Shown piece by piece: positions 28,264 through 38,255 of a stretch of 61,664 nucleotides of DNA. The stretch is from positions 1 through 61,664 of the forward strand of contig JAWBOS010000004.1 in assembly GCA_038825875.1 (NCBI GenBank), written 5' to 3'. Source of the DNA: Candidatus Woesearchaeota archaeon. Lineage in GTDB: Archaea > Nanobdellota > Nanobdellia > Woesearchaeales > JAWBMQ01. The notes beneath the pieces were generated by a model. The model was given only the letters and a program-made list of their open reading frames with translations, was not told the DNA's origin and made no database searches. Both the position numbers and the translations under genes were made by a program. The number at the start of each line of letters is the position of its first letter. The first letter of the stretch is position 1.

Positions 28264-28483
28264 TTGTATTTTTCTTTTTCTGGTTTTTGGGAATTTTTAA
28301 GAATAATTAAATAAATTAAAGGTTTTATTTATAAATATATCATTGAAGCATACCAAATTTCATTACTTTTTTACAGATTAGTGGTTTCAAAAATAGAAAT
28401 ATTTATATACTTGGATAGTGTTTCAATGTTACTACTACATGAGAGGTTTTAACCAGAAAAAAATGATTAAGGGGTGGTAAAAA

Positions 28484-29722
28484 ATGAAAAAAATACTAAA
28501 TTTGATAGTTGGTTTGTTATTGGTATTGGTAATGGCAAATAATGTTTTTGGTATTGGTGTGGAATTGAGTAAGATAGAAGTGAACGGTTATAGCACATTG
28601 GATGCAACATTGCCACTATATATAGAAAGAAGTAATGAATTGGATATTGATATTTGGTTTTCTGCAAATACAGACTATTCAAATGTGCAAGTATATGCAT
28701 TCTTAAGTGGCTATGAATATGGAGAAATAAGAGATAATACTCCTGTCTTTGATATTAAAAGTGGGGTTATGTATCACAGAACATTAAATCTAAGATTGCC
28801 ACAAATCCTTGACACAGGAAGATATTTGTTGAGAATTATTTTTGCAGATAGATCTGGCACAATAAAAGATAGTGTTTATGAAATTCCATTATATGTAGGA
28901 ACTGCTCGAAATTTATTGGAAATAAGAAATGTAATGTTTATTCCTGGTAGAGTTGTGAAGCAAGGAGATTCCTTGTTGGTTGCAGCTAGAATCGAAAATC
29001 TAGGCGAAAAGGATGAAAGAGATGTTAAGGTTACTGTTGAAGTTCCAAGGTTAGGGATATATCAAGTAGATTATGTTGATCTAATAAAATCAGGAGAAAT
29101 ATTAAGCAGTGATTATTTAATGTTAACAATTCCTAACTGTGCAGCACCAGGAGAATATGATGTAAAAGTGTCTCTTTCATATAATAGAAACACAGTTTCC
29201 ACTTTTGTTGTTGGAAAGATTTCAGTAGTTGAATCTGGTGCATGCTTAACAACACAACCCCAGCTTACAGAGAAAAAGACTACCATAACACTAAGTTCCA
29301 AAACCTATCAAATAAAATCAGGAGAAACAGCTACATATGCAGTTACCTTCAAGAATGAAGGATCAAAAGATTCCCTTTACAAGATAGAAGCTGTTGTTCC
29401 AAATAATTGGGGAAGTGTTAAGATTAGTCCAGCTTCAAGTTTTGTTTTGAAGAGTGGAGAAGTTAAGACAGTATTTGTTTCAATTACACCAACAAAAAAT
29501 GTAGTTGGAGAGCAAATGTTCCAATTACTAGTAAAAGTAGACGAGGAAACAAGAGAGATACCATTGACCACAGTAGTTGAACCAAAGGAAGAGTCTCTTT
29601 TAGTGTTCCAGATTGCATTAATTGTTTTAATTGTTGTTTTAATAGTTTTGGGAATCTTGATAGGAACAATAAGAGCATCAAAGAAAAAAGAGAAGAAAGA
29701 GGAAGAGGAAACATATTATTAA
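28484..29722 (+). CDS. cell-surface protein with CARDB/NEW3-like beta domains and a C-terminal TM anchor
   Basis: Signal LLLVLVMANNVFG, repeated RIENLGEKDERDVKV-type segments, C-terminal TM IALIVLIVVLIVLGILIG plus a KKKEKKEEEE tail. Confidence 0.65.
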   Translation: MKKILNLIVGLLLVLVMANNVFGIGVELSKIEVNGYSTLDATLPLYIERSNELDIDIWFSANTDYSNVQVYAFLSGYEYGEIRDNTPVFDIKSGVMYHRTLNLRLPQILDTGRYLLRIIFADRSGTIKDSVYEIPLYVGTARNLLEIRNVMFIPGRVVKQGDSLLVAARIENLGEKDERDVKVTVEVPRLGIYQVDYVDLIKSGEILSSDYLMLTIPNCAAPGEYDVKVSLSYNRNTVSTFVVGKISVVESGACLTTQPQLTEKKTTITLSSKTYQIKSGETATYAVTFKNEGSKDSLYKIEAVVPNNWGSVKISPASSFVLKSGEVKTVFVSITPTKNVVGEQMFQLLVKVDEETREIPLTTVVEPKEESLLVFQIALIVLIVVLIVLGILIGTIRASKKKEKKEEEETYY

Positions 29723-29723
29723 A

Positions 29724-29810
29724 CTTTTTTTAGCTTTTTTTAACTTTTTGTTTTTGCTTTTTTGCTTCTCTTTTCTTATGCTTTTTTCATTTTTTCTAAA
29801 TTTTTCTAAA
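29724..29810 (+). terminator. array of oligo-T tracts (archaeal intrinsic terminator signals)
   Basis: At least 8 runs of T5-T7 follow the stop codon at 29720-29722 (ACTTTTTTT, GCTTTTTTT, ACTTTTTG, TTTTTGCTTTTTTGC ...). Confidence 0.4.
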
Positions 29811-29857
29811 ACTTTAGCAAAAAAAATAAAAAGACCAATTCTTTTGCAAACATAGCT

Positions 29858-31882
29858 ATGGATTTTGAAACCACATTAAAGATATTTTATGACTTTTTTC
29901 AGAATTATCCAGTTTATTATTCTCAGATATTAGAGAACCTAAGATTGAGAAAGAACTTTGTTGTAATTTCTTTTTCAGATATTGCTGAATTTAATCTAGA
30001 ACTTTCAGAGGAACTTCTAGAAAATCCATATGAGACAATAAAAGCAGCTCAGACAGCAATAAGGGAATTTGTTGGTCAGGACTTGAAAAGATTTAATGTT
30101 AGATTTACAAATTTACCAGAAAGTCAGAAATTGCTAATTAAGGATATTAGAAGTGTTCATTTGAATAAACTTTTTTACTTTGAGGGAATTGTGAGACAGA
30201 AATCCGATGTAAGGCCGATGGCAGAAAGTGCTATATTTGAATGTCCGTCGTGTGGTAATCTAATCAAGGTAATTCAGGTAGAGAATAAATTTAAGGAACC
30301 TGCGGTTTGCAATGCTTGTGGCAGAAAAGGAAGATTTAAGTTGGTTGAAAAAGAGCTCATTGATGCGCAAGGTTTAGTCATTGAAGAAGCACCAGAATCA
30401 TTAACAGGAGGAGAACAACCTAAACGTTTGCAGGTTTTGCTTGAGGACGATCTAACAAGTTCAGAAAGAGATAAGATCACAAATCCTGGAAACAAGGTTA
30501 AGATCATAGGTGTGTTAAGAGAAAAACCCATACCTTTAAAAGGTGGTGGAATTAGTGTTAAGTTTGATATTATTCTAGAAGCGAATAATATTGAGCCTTT
30601 AGAAGAAGTTTTGCTTGATGTTCAGCTAACTGAAGAGGATGAGGAAAAGATAATTAGATTAAGTAAGGATCCGGATTTTATGAAAAAGGCTATAGATTCT
30701 ATAGCTCCAGGCATATATGGTCATGAAGAGATTAAAGAAGCAATTCTGTTGCAATTTGTTGGTGGAGTTAGAAAGGTGAGGGAAGATGGAGTAATAACAA
30801 GAGGAGATATACATATATTGCTTGTTGGAGATCCAGGTTCTGGAAAGAGTCAACTTTTGAAAAGAGCATTAGTAGTAGCACCTAAGGCAAGATATGTTAG
30901 CGGAAAAGGTGCATCTGGAGCAGGATTGACTGCTGCAGTAGTTAAGGATGAGTTTTTAGGTGGTTGGAGTTTAGAAGCAGGTGCATTGGTTTTGGCAAAT
31001 GAAGGAGTATGTTTAATTGATGAGCTAGACAAGATGAGCAATGAAGATAGAAGTGCTATGCATGAGGCACTTGAGCAGCAGACTATAACAATAAGCAAGG
31101 CAAATATTCAAGCAACTTTAAGGGCTCAGACTACAGTTTTGGCAGCAGCAAATCCTAAGCTTGGTAGGTTTAATCCTTATGAACCTATTGCAACCCAGAT
31201 AGATTTGCCACCAGCATTGATAAGTAGATTTGATCTAATATTTCCAATAAAGGACGTTCCGGATCCTCAAAAGGATAAGGAGATGGCAGAATTTATTTTG
31301 AAATTGCACAAAGACAAAGATGTTACAAAGCCGCCAATCGATACGCAAATGCTAAGAAAGTATTTGGCATATGCAAAACAGAGAATTTCACCAACACTGA
31401 CTGAAGAAGCAATCATGGAATTAGAAAGTTATTACGTGAAGATGAGGTCTTCTGTAAGTCAGGAGGGAGAAGTTAGAACAATACCAATTACTGCAAGACA
31501 ATTAGAGGCATTGATAAGATTGAGTGAAGCAAATGCTAAGATTAGGCTGTCACCAGTTGTTACGCGGGAGCATGCCTTAAGTGCAATTAGATTATTGGAG
31601 AAGTGTTTAAAGGTAGTTGGTATTGATCCTTCTACTGGAAAATTAGATATTGATGTTATTTTTACTGGAATGTCTGCTTCAAAGAGAAGTGTGATTCTTC
31701 TTGTTAAGGAATTGATTAATAATTTATCTCAGGAGAATGAAAAAGTGAAGAAAGAATTGTTGATTGAGAAGGCAAAGGAAAAGGGACTTAAAGATGAGGA
31801 TATTGAAGAGGCAATAGAAAAGTTAAAGAGAAAAGGTGATATTTTTGAACCAATTCCTGGTTATTATCAGAAGTTAGAGTGA
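29858..31882 (+). CDS. mcm: MCM replicative helicase
   Basis: Zn finger CPSCG..CNACG, Walker A GDPGSGKSQLL, Walker B CLIDELDKM, arginine finger SRFDLIF, C-terminal winged helix. Confidence 0.96.
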   Translation: MDFETTLKIFYDFFQNYPVYYSQILENLRLRKNFVVISFSDIAEFNLELSEELLENPYETIKAAQTAIREFVGQDLKRFNVRFTNLPESQKLLIKDIRSVHLNKLFYFEGIVRQKSDVRPMAESAIFECPSCGNLIKVIQVENKFKEPAVCNACGRKGRFKLVEKELIDAQGLVIEEAPESLTGGEQPKRLQVLLEDDLTSSERDKITNPGNKVKIIGVLREKPIPLKGGGISVKFDIILEANNIEPLEEVLLDVQLTEEDEEKIIRLSKDPDFMKKAIDSIAPGIYGHEEIKEAILLQFVGGVRKVREDGVITRGDIHILLVGDPGSGKSQLLKRALVVAPKARYVSGKGASGAGLTAAVVKDEFLGGWSLEAGALVLANEGVCLIDELDKMSNEDRSAMHEALEQQTITISKANIQATLRAQTTVLAAANPKLGRFNPYEPIATQIDLPPALISRFDLIFPIKDVPDPQKDKEMAEFILKLHKDKDVTKPPIDTQMLRKYLAYAKQRISPTLTEEAIMELESYYVKMRSSVSQEGEVRTIPITARQLEALIRLSEANAKIRLSPVVTREHALSAIRLLEKCLKVVGIDPSTGKLDIDVIFTGMSASKRSVILLVKELINNLSQENEKVKKELLIEKAKEKGLKDEDIEEAIEKLKRKGDIFEPIPGYYQKLE

Positions 31883-31886
31883 GAAG

Positions 31887-32159
31887 ATGGATGACAATCT
31901 TATTATTTCCTATTTGGAACGAATTCTTTCAGAACTTGAGGAAATTAAAAGAAGATTAGATTCTTTAGAATTAAAAGAAAAAAGCTCAGAAAAATTGAAA
32001 TTTCCTTTGCTTCAACAATGGAAAGAAAATATAAGAAATAAATGCGTTTACTTAGAAAATATAAATATTGAAGGAGAGGCAGAATATTTTTGTTCATTAA
32101 TAAAAGACATATGCAATCTTTTTAACTGTCCACTTAATCAAGAAGAGAACACAAAATAA
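31887..32159 (+). CDS. hypothetical protein
   Basis: 90-aa ORF 4 nt after mcm, with a coiled N-terminus and 4 Cys in the C-terminal half. Confidence 0.45.
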   Translation: MDDNLIISYLERILSELEEIKRRLDSLELKEKSSEKLKFPLLQQWKENIRNKCVYLENINIEGEAEYFCSLIKDICNLFNCPLNQEENTK

Positions 32160-32160
32160 G

Positions 32161-32883
32161 CTATTTCTTTTCCAGCATTCTTTTTATTTTTTCAAAAAAT
32201 CCCATAAGTACATATCCTTCTGCTTTTGTGAGTTTAGCTTTTCCTAGAACTCTTATCCAGCATTTTTTCATGGTGTCTAATCTATCAGGGCGGTTTGTTT
32301 CAATTTTATCTATGATCTTGTCTATCTTTTCTATTAGAATTTCATATTCCTTTCTTGGCAATGGTTTAAATTTGGGAGCATTTGATCTTTTTTCTTTTTT
32401 ATATTTATAATATACATAAAGAATAACAGATAATGCATGACTAACATTCATGATACTATAGTTTTTGCTAGTTTCAATTGTTATTACACAGTCACAAAGT
32501 AAAAGTTCTTCATTAGTTAATCCTATACTTTCTCTGCCCAAAACAATTGCATTTTTTGCATTATAGTTAATATGTTCTCTGAAGAATGTTTCACATTCAA
32601 TAACGTCTCTTATCAAGTTTTTGTCATGCGAATATTTTCCAGTAGTTCCTATTAACAAATTAAATTCTCTTTTTAGGTCATTCAATGCTATTTTTGGATC
32701 AGAAAATATCACTCTTGCATTTTCTATAATTTCCTTTGCATGCATAGCAACATATTTTGCCTTTTCGTTAAGTTCTTTGGGATTTAGGATTATTAATTCG
32801 CTTACTTCGAAGTTTTTCATTGCTCTTGCAATAAAGCCTATATTTTCGCTTTTTTCAGGTTCTACCAAAATTATACTTAGCAT
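32161..32883 (-). CDS. SpoU/TrmH-family RNA 2'-O-methyltransferase (TrmJ-like)
   Basis: ILVEPEKSENIGFIARAMKNF start and SNHALSVILY-like knot motif (MNVSHALSVILY). ATG at 32883 (the track TTG is at 32898). Confidence 0.85.
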   Translation of the reverse strand: MLSIILVEPEKSENIGFIARAMKNFEVSELIILNPKELNEKAKYVAMHAKEIIENARVIFSDPKIALNDLKREFNLLIGTTGKYSHDKNLIRDVIECETFFREHINYNAKNAIVLGRESIGLTNEELLLCDCVITIETSKNYSIMNVSHALSVILYVYYKYKKEKRSNAPKFKPLPRKEYEILIEKIDKIIDKIETNRPDRLDTMKKCWIRVLGKAKLTKAEGYVLMGFFEKIKRMLEKK

Positions 32884-33002
32884 TTTCGATAAAAACAATA
32901 GCTCTATGGAAATCTATATTGGAATGAATGCAAATGAATGTAAGTGAAATATATACAATAAATTTATAAATTTTCTCGGATCTCTTAGTTAAGGTGATAT
33001 AT

Positions 33003-33245
33003 ATGGCAAAAGATGAATATGATGAAGACGAAAAACTAACATTTGAGGATTTGGCAGTAATGGCTAACGACAAGGTTGATGCCTTAATAGATTTATTGAT
33101 AGAGAAAAATATAATTAAGGAAGAAGAGTTAATGGATAAATTAAATGGCCTTTATACCGAAGAAGAGGTTGAAGAGGATTTTGAGGAAGACTACGAGGAA
33201 GAGTATGAAGAGGACAGTGATGAAGAAGATTTTGATGAGGAATAA
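33003..33245 (+). CDS. hypothetical highly acidic protein
   Basis: ATG follows AAGGTGA; the C-terminal half is almost pure Glu/Asp/Tyr. Confidence 0.45.
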   Translation: MAKDEYDEDEKLTFEDLAVMANDKVDALIDLLIEKNIIKEEELMDKLNGLYTEEEVEEDFEEDYEEEYEEDSDEEDFDEE

Positions 33246-33321
33246 TTATATTTAAAAACTCCAGATTTAAATAAGAATTTTAAGAAAAACTATTTATTCT
33301 CTTCTATTTTTCTTTTCTTTG

Positions 33322-34248
33322 ATGAAATTTGAGAAAAAACAGTTCATAGCAAATTTAGAAAAGGGTATGACTGTTAGCGATATTTTTGTAGTTAAAAATA
33401 AATCCGAGATCTATAGATATTCTGCGGGTTATAGATTTGAATTGTTGTTAGGTGATAAAACAGGTGAGATATATCTTAAGTACTGGGGAACAAATGATTA
33501 TGATGCTGTAAAAAAGATTTGGGAGGATATTCCTCTTAATTCTGTAATATATGTGGAAGCTAAGGTTGTAGTTTGGAATAATACTTTAGAATTGTCAGCT
33601 AATGAGCAATCTACCATTAGAGTTTTGGGTGAGGAGGATTATTTTAAGAAAGATTTTATAGAGATAAGTGAAACCATAGAAAAGGATATGGAAGAGTTAA
33701 AGAGTGTTATTATGAATATAGATAATGATATTTTAAGGAACTTTATTTTAAATGTTTTCAAGAATCCCAATTTTCTGGTTGAATTTAAAAGAAGTCCAGC
33801 TTCATATCTTACACACTATTTCTATGCAGGTGGGTTAGTAAAGCATACCTTGAATGTTGCAAAGATTTGCTTAAATATCTCGAAAATTCATGAATATTTT
33901 GATAAGAATCTCTTATTGGCAGGTGCAATATTGCATGATATTGGAAGAACAAAGCAATTTAAAATAGATACTATCATTAAACCTACAAATTCATATTTTT
34001 TAGAACCTCATGAAGGAATAGGTGTAAGAATGTTACAGCCTTATTATGAATCAATGGCAATTTCTTCTGATTTTCAGGTAAAACTGAATCATCTAATTCT
34101 TACCCATCACACACAACCAGCATTACCAGAGGGTTATCTTTTAAAGTATGCTAATGATTTAGATATTAAAATGGCAACAATTTACAAATTGAAACAGTTA
34201 AAGAAAGATAATATCGTTGAATTTGAGGAAGGATTTTTGTTTTTTTAA
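33322..34248 (+). CDS. OB-fold + HD-domain phosphohydrolase (YhaM-like 3'-5' exoribonuclease family)
   Basis: N-terminal OB fold (GEIYLKYWG..VVVWNNTLEL) and HD motif LLAGAILHDIGR. Confidence 0.78.
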   Translation: MKFEKKQFIANLEKGMTVSDIFVVKNKSEIYRYSAGYRFELLLGDKTGEIYLKYWGTNDYDAVKKIWEDIPLNSVIYVEAKVVVWNNTLELSANEQSTIRVLGEEDYFKKDFIEISETIEKDMEELKSVIMNIDNDILRNFILNVFKNPNFLVEFKRSPASYLTHYFYAGGLVKHTLNVAKICLNISKIHEYFDKNLLLAGAILHDIGRTKQFKIDTIIKPTNSYFLEPHEGIGVRMLQPYYESMAISSDFQVKLNHLILTHHTQPALPEGYLLKYANDLDIKMATIYKLKQLKKDNIVEFEEGFLFF

Positions 34249-34313
34249 ATAACAAAATTTTTAAATATAATGTTTTTTCACAATCTAATTTTTTATGATT
34301 AGAGGTGAATCTA

Positions 34314-35600
34314 ATGGCTAAGCAAAAACCGCATTTGAACGTTGTATTTATAGGACATGTAGACCATGGTAAATCTACAACAATTGGAAGGTTGTTGTAT
34401 GATTCAGGTGCTGTAGATGAGCAAACGATGAGAAAATTGAAAGAGGAAGCGGAGCAGAGAGGAAAAGTTGGATTTGAATTCGCTTATTTGATGGACCAGT
34501 TACGAGAAGAGAGAGAAAGAGGTATAACAATTGATATTTCCCACAAAAAATTCGATACTTCAAAGTATGAAATCACAATCATTGATGCACCTGGTCACAG
34601 AGACTTTGTTAAAAATATGATCACTGGTGCAAGTCAAGCAGATGCTGCAGTTTTAGTTGTTGCAGCCGACGATGGTGTAAATGAGCAAACAAGAGAACAT
34701 GTTCTGTTAGCAAAGACTTTGGGAATAAATCAGATTATTGTTGCAATCAATAAAATGGATGCCGTAAAGTATGATCAAAAGAGATTTGAGGAAGTCAAAG
34801 AAGAAGTTAAGAAACTTTTGACAGTAGTTGGTTATAGAGATGTGAATTCAATTCCTATGATACCATTAGCCTCTTTGCTGGGAGATAATGTGGTAAAAAA
34901 ATCTCAAAATATGCCTTGGTATACTGGAGAAACATTGCTAGAAGCATTTGATAAGTATCTTAAAGAACCTGAAAAGTTAATAAATTTACCATTGCGTTTG
35001 CCGATTGAAAATGTGTTCCAGATCTCTGGTATAGGTACAGTACCAACAGGAAAGGTAGAGACAGGTGTAATTAAGGTGGGTCAAAAAGTAGTTGCAATGC
35101 CGGCAAGAACAGGTACAGGAATTGAAGGTGAAGTAAAGTCAATTGAAATGCATCATGAACCATTACAACAGGCAGAACCAGGAGATAACATTGGAATTAA
35201 CGTCAGAGGTTGGAGTAAGAAAGATATTGCAAGAGGAGATGTTATAGGTCCTGTGGATAATCCACCAACAGTTGCAAAGGAATTTAGAGCACAGGTTTAT
35301 ATTTCAAGACATCCTTCAGTCATAGCACCAGGTTATACTCCAGTTTTCCATGCACATACCGCACAAGTCCCAGGAAGAATAGTTGCTATTGAGAAGATCA
35401 TTGATCCAAAAACAGGACAAGTAGTTAAAGAGAATCCAGATTTCATTAAGCCTTCAGAAATAGCAATAATTAGAGTTGAGCCATTGAAACCATTAGCAAT
35501 CGAGGAAAAGAAAGTTAATCCAAAGTTGTCAAGTTTTGCAATGAGAGACTCAGGGATGACAATTGGAGTAGGAATTGTGTTGGAGATTACAAAGAAGTAA
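34314..35600 (+). CDS. tuf: translation elongation factor EF-1 alpha
   Basis: [24 protein letters not shown] at 34314 after GAGGTGA. Confidence 0.97.
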   Translation: MAKQKPHLNVVFIGHVDHGKSTTIGRLLYDSGAVDEQTMRKLKEEAEQRGKVGFEFAYLMDQLREERERGITIDISHKKFDTSKYEITIIDAPGHRDFVKNMITGASQADAAVLVVAADDGVNEQTREHVLLAKTLGINQIIVAINKMDAVKYDQKRFEEVKEEVKKLLTVVGYRDVNSIPMIPLASLLGDNVVKKSQNMPWYTGETLLEAFDKYLKEPEKLINLPLRLPIENVFQISGIGTVPTGKVETGVIKVGQKVVAMPARTGTGIEGEVKSIEMHHEPLQQAEPGDNIGINVRGWSKKDIARGDVIGPVDNPPTVAKEFRAQVYISRHPSVIAPGYTPVFHAHTAQVPGRIVAIEKIIDPKTGQVVKENPDFIKPSEIAIIRVEPLKPLAIEEKKVNPKLSSFAMRDSGMTIGVGIVLEITKK

Positions 35601-35647
35601 AGATTTTTTAATTTCTTTATTCTTTGTTTCTTTTAGGGGATTAGAAA

Positions 35648-35956
35648 ATGGCATATGCAAGAATTAAGATAACCTCTACAGATGTAAAGAAAATTAATGA
35701 ATTAATAAGTCAGATCAAGGATATAGCAGAAAAGGCAGGAGTCGAGGTAAAAGGTCCAATTCCTCTCCCTACAAAGATTCTAAGAATAGCAACAATGAGA
35801 AATGCCTTTGGTAGAGGTTATGAAACAATTCAAAGATTTGAGATGAGGATTCACAAAAGGATTTTGGATATAACACTGAATGATTATGCCCTCAGAATGA
35901 TTATGAGAGTTCCCATTAGTCACGGAGTTAATGTTGAGATTGAGATAGTTAATTAA
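35648..35956 (+). CDS. rps10: 30S ribosomal protein S10 (uS10)
   Basis: ARIKITSTD...GPIPLPTK...RFEMRIHKRILDI, in the conserved tuf-rps10 order. Confidence 0.94.
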   Translation: MAYARIKITSTDVKKINELISQIKDIAEKAGVEVKGPIPLPTKILRIATMRNAFGRGYETIQRFEMRIHKRILDITLNDYALRMIMRVPISHGVNVEIEIVN

Positions 35957-36109
35957 TTCTAATCAAGCTTTAATGGTTCTCTTATTTATAAATCCTTATT
36001 GATTTTCTCATGAATTCAAAATTCATAATATTTTTAAAGTTATTTCCTTTAGAAGATATTTGTTTCTCTTAGTATAGGTTTTACTATACTAATTTTCTAC
36101 TCTTCAGTT

Positions 36110-36126
36110 AAAAAATATTTATATAC
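36110..36126 (+). promoter_or_regulatory. TATA box of tfe (likely leaderless transcript)
   Basis: AAAAATATTTATATAC is centred ~29 nt upstream of the ATG at 36148, with no SD in between. Confidence 0.45.
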
Positions 36127-36147
36127 TTTAAATGAGGGTATATTACT

Positions 36148-36903
36148 ATGTTAGCCAAATCCAAATCAATGGCAAACGTGAAGATTAAGAACTCTAAGAA
36201 AGTAGAGGATTATCTAATTCAGATAGAAACAAAAGTAGTTGAGAGTATTTCAAATGATCCTGATTTTTTGAGAGTTGTTTTTGAGCTAAGAAAAAAGTCT
36301 AACTATTCAGAGTTTGAACTGGCAGAAAAATTAAAGTTGGATATTATGAAAGTAAGGAGAATTTTATATAAACTTTTTGAACATGGATTGCTGTTTTGGA
36401 GAAGAAAGAAGGATAGGCAAAAAGGTTGGTATGTTTACTATTGGACTATAAGAGAGGATCAATTTATTTTTTACTATAAAACATATCTTGAGAAAAGGAT
36501 AAATTACTTCAAGAAAAAAATTGAGTTTGAAGAAAAAACAAACTTTTTCATGTGTCCAAATTTCTGTATGAGAGCAACTTATGAAGATGCAATAAATCTA
36601 AATTTTACCTGTCCTGAATGTGGAAGTGTTTTTGTTGAACAGGATAATTCAAAAACTATTTCTAATCTAAGAAAACAATTGGAGGATTTAGAGAACGAAT
36701 TGACTGAATTGGAGAGAAGTGAATTAATAAAGTATATTGCTAAAGAATATGATAAGTGGACAAGTAGTGAGAATCTTTTCGCCAAAACTAAAAAAAGAGG
36801 GGTTGAAAAGGAGAGAGATTTCTTGGACATATTGTTGAACGATATTGCGCCAGAGACTGTAATTACTGATGTGAGTGAAGAAGAAGAGCCCTCGGGGTAT
36901 TAG
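36148..36903 (+). CDS. tfe: transcription factor E, alpha subunit (TFE)
   Basis: Winged helix (ELAEKLKLDIMKVRRILYKLFEHGL) plus Zn ribbon CPNFC..CPECG. Confidence 0.85.
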   Translation: MLAKSKSMANVKIKNSKKVEDYLIQIETKVVESISNDPDFLRVVFELRKKSNYSEFELAEKLKLDIMKVRRILYKLFEHGLLFWRRKKDRQKGWYVYYWTIREDQFIFYYKTYLEKRINYFKKKIEFEEKTNFFMCPNFCMRATYEDAINLNFTCPECGSVFVEQDNSKTISNLRKQLEDLENELTELERSELIKYIAKEYDKWTSSENLFAKTKKRGVEKERDFLDILLNDIAPETVITDVSEEEEPSGY

Positions 36904-36962
36904 ACTTTTTCTTTTTTCTTTTTTCTCTTTTGAATTACTTATCCTAACATTTCCACAGTGGT

Positions 36963-36980
36963 AAAAAAATTTTAAATTTT
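36963..36980 (+). promoter_or_regulatory. shared promoter module (A7-TTTTAAAT), copy 1
   Basis: GTGGTAAAAAAATTTTAAAT lies 26-44 nt upstream of the ATG at 37006. The same string precedes the next two genes. Confidence 0.5.
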
Positions 36981-37005
36981 TTAACTCTTTAATTTAAGTA
37001 AACGA

Positions 37006-37449
37006 ATGACAACTAATAGAAAAAAAATTACTAGTGAAAAAGTTCTAAAGTTTTTAGTTTTATTGATTTTCTTAATGATATTAATAATTTATGGAGTTTT
37101 TTTGTTTAGTAAAGTAAGATCAAAAATAGATGATTCTAGAGCTGGTCGAGTGCACGAGATGTTTGCAAGTAGTGGAGAACAGCAACAGATAATTGAGGCA
37201 ATTGAAAAGATAGACCTTGATAATATGGAACTAGAAGAGATTATTAAATTAATTGAAACTGAGTTATCTTCTTTTTCTTTTTATAATAACGAAAAAATTG
37301 ATACTTGCTTCAGAAAGTTAATAGATCGTAATTTGGTTCAAGGGCCATATTGTCGATCAGAAAATTGGGATGTGATTACAAAGTATGACATTACTGGGGA
37401 TTGTATTAAGCCAACATCAAAAGAGATTTTTTTCTGTGATAAAAGGTAA
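37006..37449 (+). CDS. small N-terminally anchored secreted protein with a 4-Cys C-terminal domain (family member 1)
   Basis: N-terminal TM; C-terminal pattern DTCF..CRSENW..GDCIKP..IFFC shared with members 2 and 3. Confidence 0.65.
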   Translation: MTTNRKKITSEKVLKFLVLLIFLMILIIYGVFLFSKVRSKIDDSRAGRVHEMFASSGEQQQIIEAIEKIDLDNMELEEIIKLIETELSSFSFYNNEKIDTCFRKLIDRNLVQGPYCRSENWDVITKYDITGDCIKPTSKEIFFCDKR

Positions 37450-37494
37450 AAAAAATTGTAGGAATAAAACCAAATTAAACATCTTTCAAGTGGT

Positions 37495-37657
37495 AAAAAA
37501 ATTTTAAATATTATCTTTGTGTAAGAGTTTTGTAAGTTGAGGTGATCAAATGAAAAAAAGCCAAAGTTTGAATATAAACACAATCATAATTGCTGCTTTA
37601 GGTGTTTTAGTGCTAATTGTTTCAATAGTTTTATTTTCATCTCAAATGGGAAAGCAA
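37495..37657 (+). repeat. duplicated promoter/SD/signal-peptide module, copy A
   Basis: ~160 nt (A7TTTTAAATATTATC ... TTGAGGTGATCAAATGAAAAAAAGCCAAAGTTT ... GGGAAGCAAA) is ~85% identical by eye to 38094-38255. Confidence 0.8.
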
Positions 37658-38056
37658 AGTGAAAAAATAAATAGAGCAAGTACCCCTCAAGCGAGAATTC
37701 AGACACTTCTTGTCGCTCAAGGGGAACTTGACAGCATAATTAAAGAGCTAAATGATGAAAAATTTAGAGAAGAAGTATTAGAAAATGTATCGGTGACAAC
37801 TGCTGAGGCAGGATCGGCAATAGATGTTAGATTATCAAAATATTCATTTTATCAAAAAGATGATATAGATACCTGTTTTTCTAAAAAATATAAATCAACA
37901 GATACGGCCCCCGAGGAAATTCAGGAAACTTGTAAATCTAATTCCTGGAACTCTTATGTGAAAGAAGGCGATGGGTCTAAAAATCCTTACAATTTTCTGA
38001 CTGAATGTTTTAAAGTTGGAGCTGTGTCGGTATATTTTTGCGAAAAGAAAAGATAA
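37550..38056 (+). CDS. type IV pilin-like (class III signal-like) small Cys-patterned protein (family member 2)
   Basis: MKKSQSLNINTIIIAALGVLVLIVSIVLF N-terminus; DTCF..CKSNSW..TECFK..VYFC. Confidence 0.7.
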   Translation: MKKSQSLNINTIIIAALGVLVLIVSIVLFSSQMGKQSEKINRASTPQARIQTLLVAQGELDSIIKELNDEKFREEVLENVSVTTAEAGSAIDVRLSKYSFYQKDDIDTCFSKKYKSTDTAPEEIQETCKSNSWNSYVKEGDGSKNPYNFLTECFKVGAVSVYFCEKKR

Positions 38057-38093
38057 ATAATTTTTGAAGAACTTTTAATCACTTAAAAATAAT

Positions 38094-38255
38094 AAAAAAA
38101 TTTTAAATATTATCAGAGTGTAGAATTTTACAACTTGAGGTGATCAAATGAAAAAAAGCCAAAGTTTAAGTATAAACACAATAATTATTGCTGCTTTGGG
38201 TGTGGTAGTTTTGATAGTTTCCATAGTCTTATTTACATCTCAGATGGGGAAGCAA
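38094..38255 (+). repeat. duplicated promoter/SD/signal-peptide module, copy B
   Basis: See copy A. Confidence 0.8.

Noticed and set aside
29723-29857. T-rich quasi-repetitive spacer upstream of mcm, considered as a replication origin or repeat array
   Set aside because: There are no ORB-like inverted repeats or mini-ORB motifs and no orc1/cdc6 gene nearby. The pattern is simply consecutive oligo-T terminator tracts after a highly expressed surface-protein gene.
25483-31098. Antisense or alternative-frame ORFs within long genes (for example 25483..25827, 26241..26540, 26288..26530, 29113..29714, 30274..31098; similarly 6476..6829, 8032..8250, 42381..42710, 53261..53554)
   Set aside because: Each is fully embedded in a confidently identified gene on the other strand or frame. 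Their translations are low-complexity (Ser/Leu/Phe-rich) with no starts backed by SD or TATA elements.
33150-33245. GAA/GAG/GAT-rich low-complexity DNA, considered as a tandem repeat
   Set aside because: It is the in-frame acidic tail (EEVEEDFEEDYEEEYEEDSDEEDFDEE) of a small ORF with no fixed repeat unit.
36010-36090. Two perfect 7-bp palindromes (ATGAATT-caa-AATTCAT at 36010-36026; AGTATAG-gtttta-CTATACT at 36071-36090) between rps10 and tfe
   Set aside because: Short AT-rich palindromes are expected by chance at this base composition. I cannot tie them to a regulator or show that they recur elsewhere in the window.
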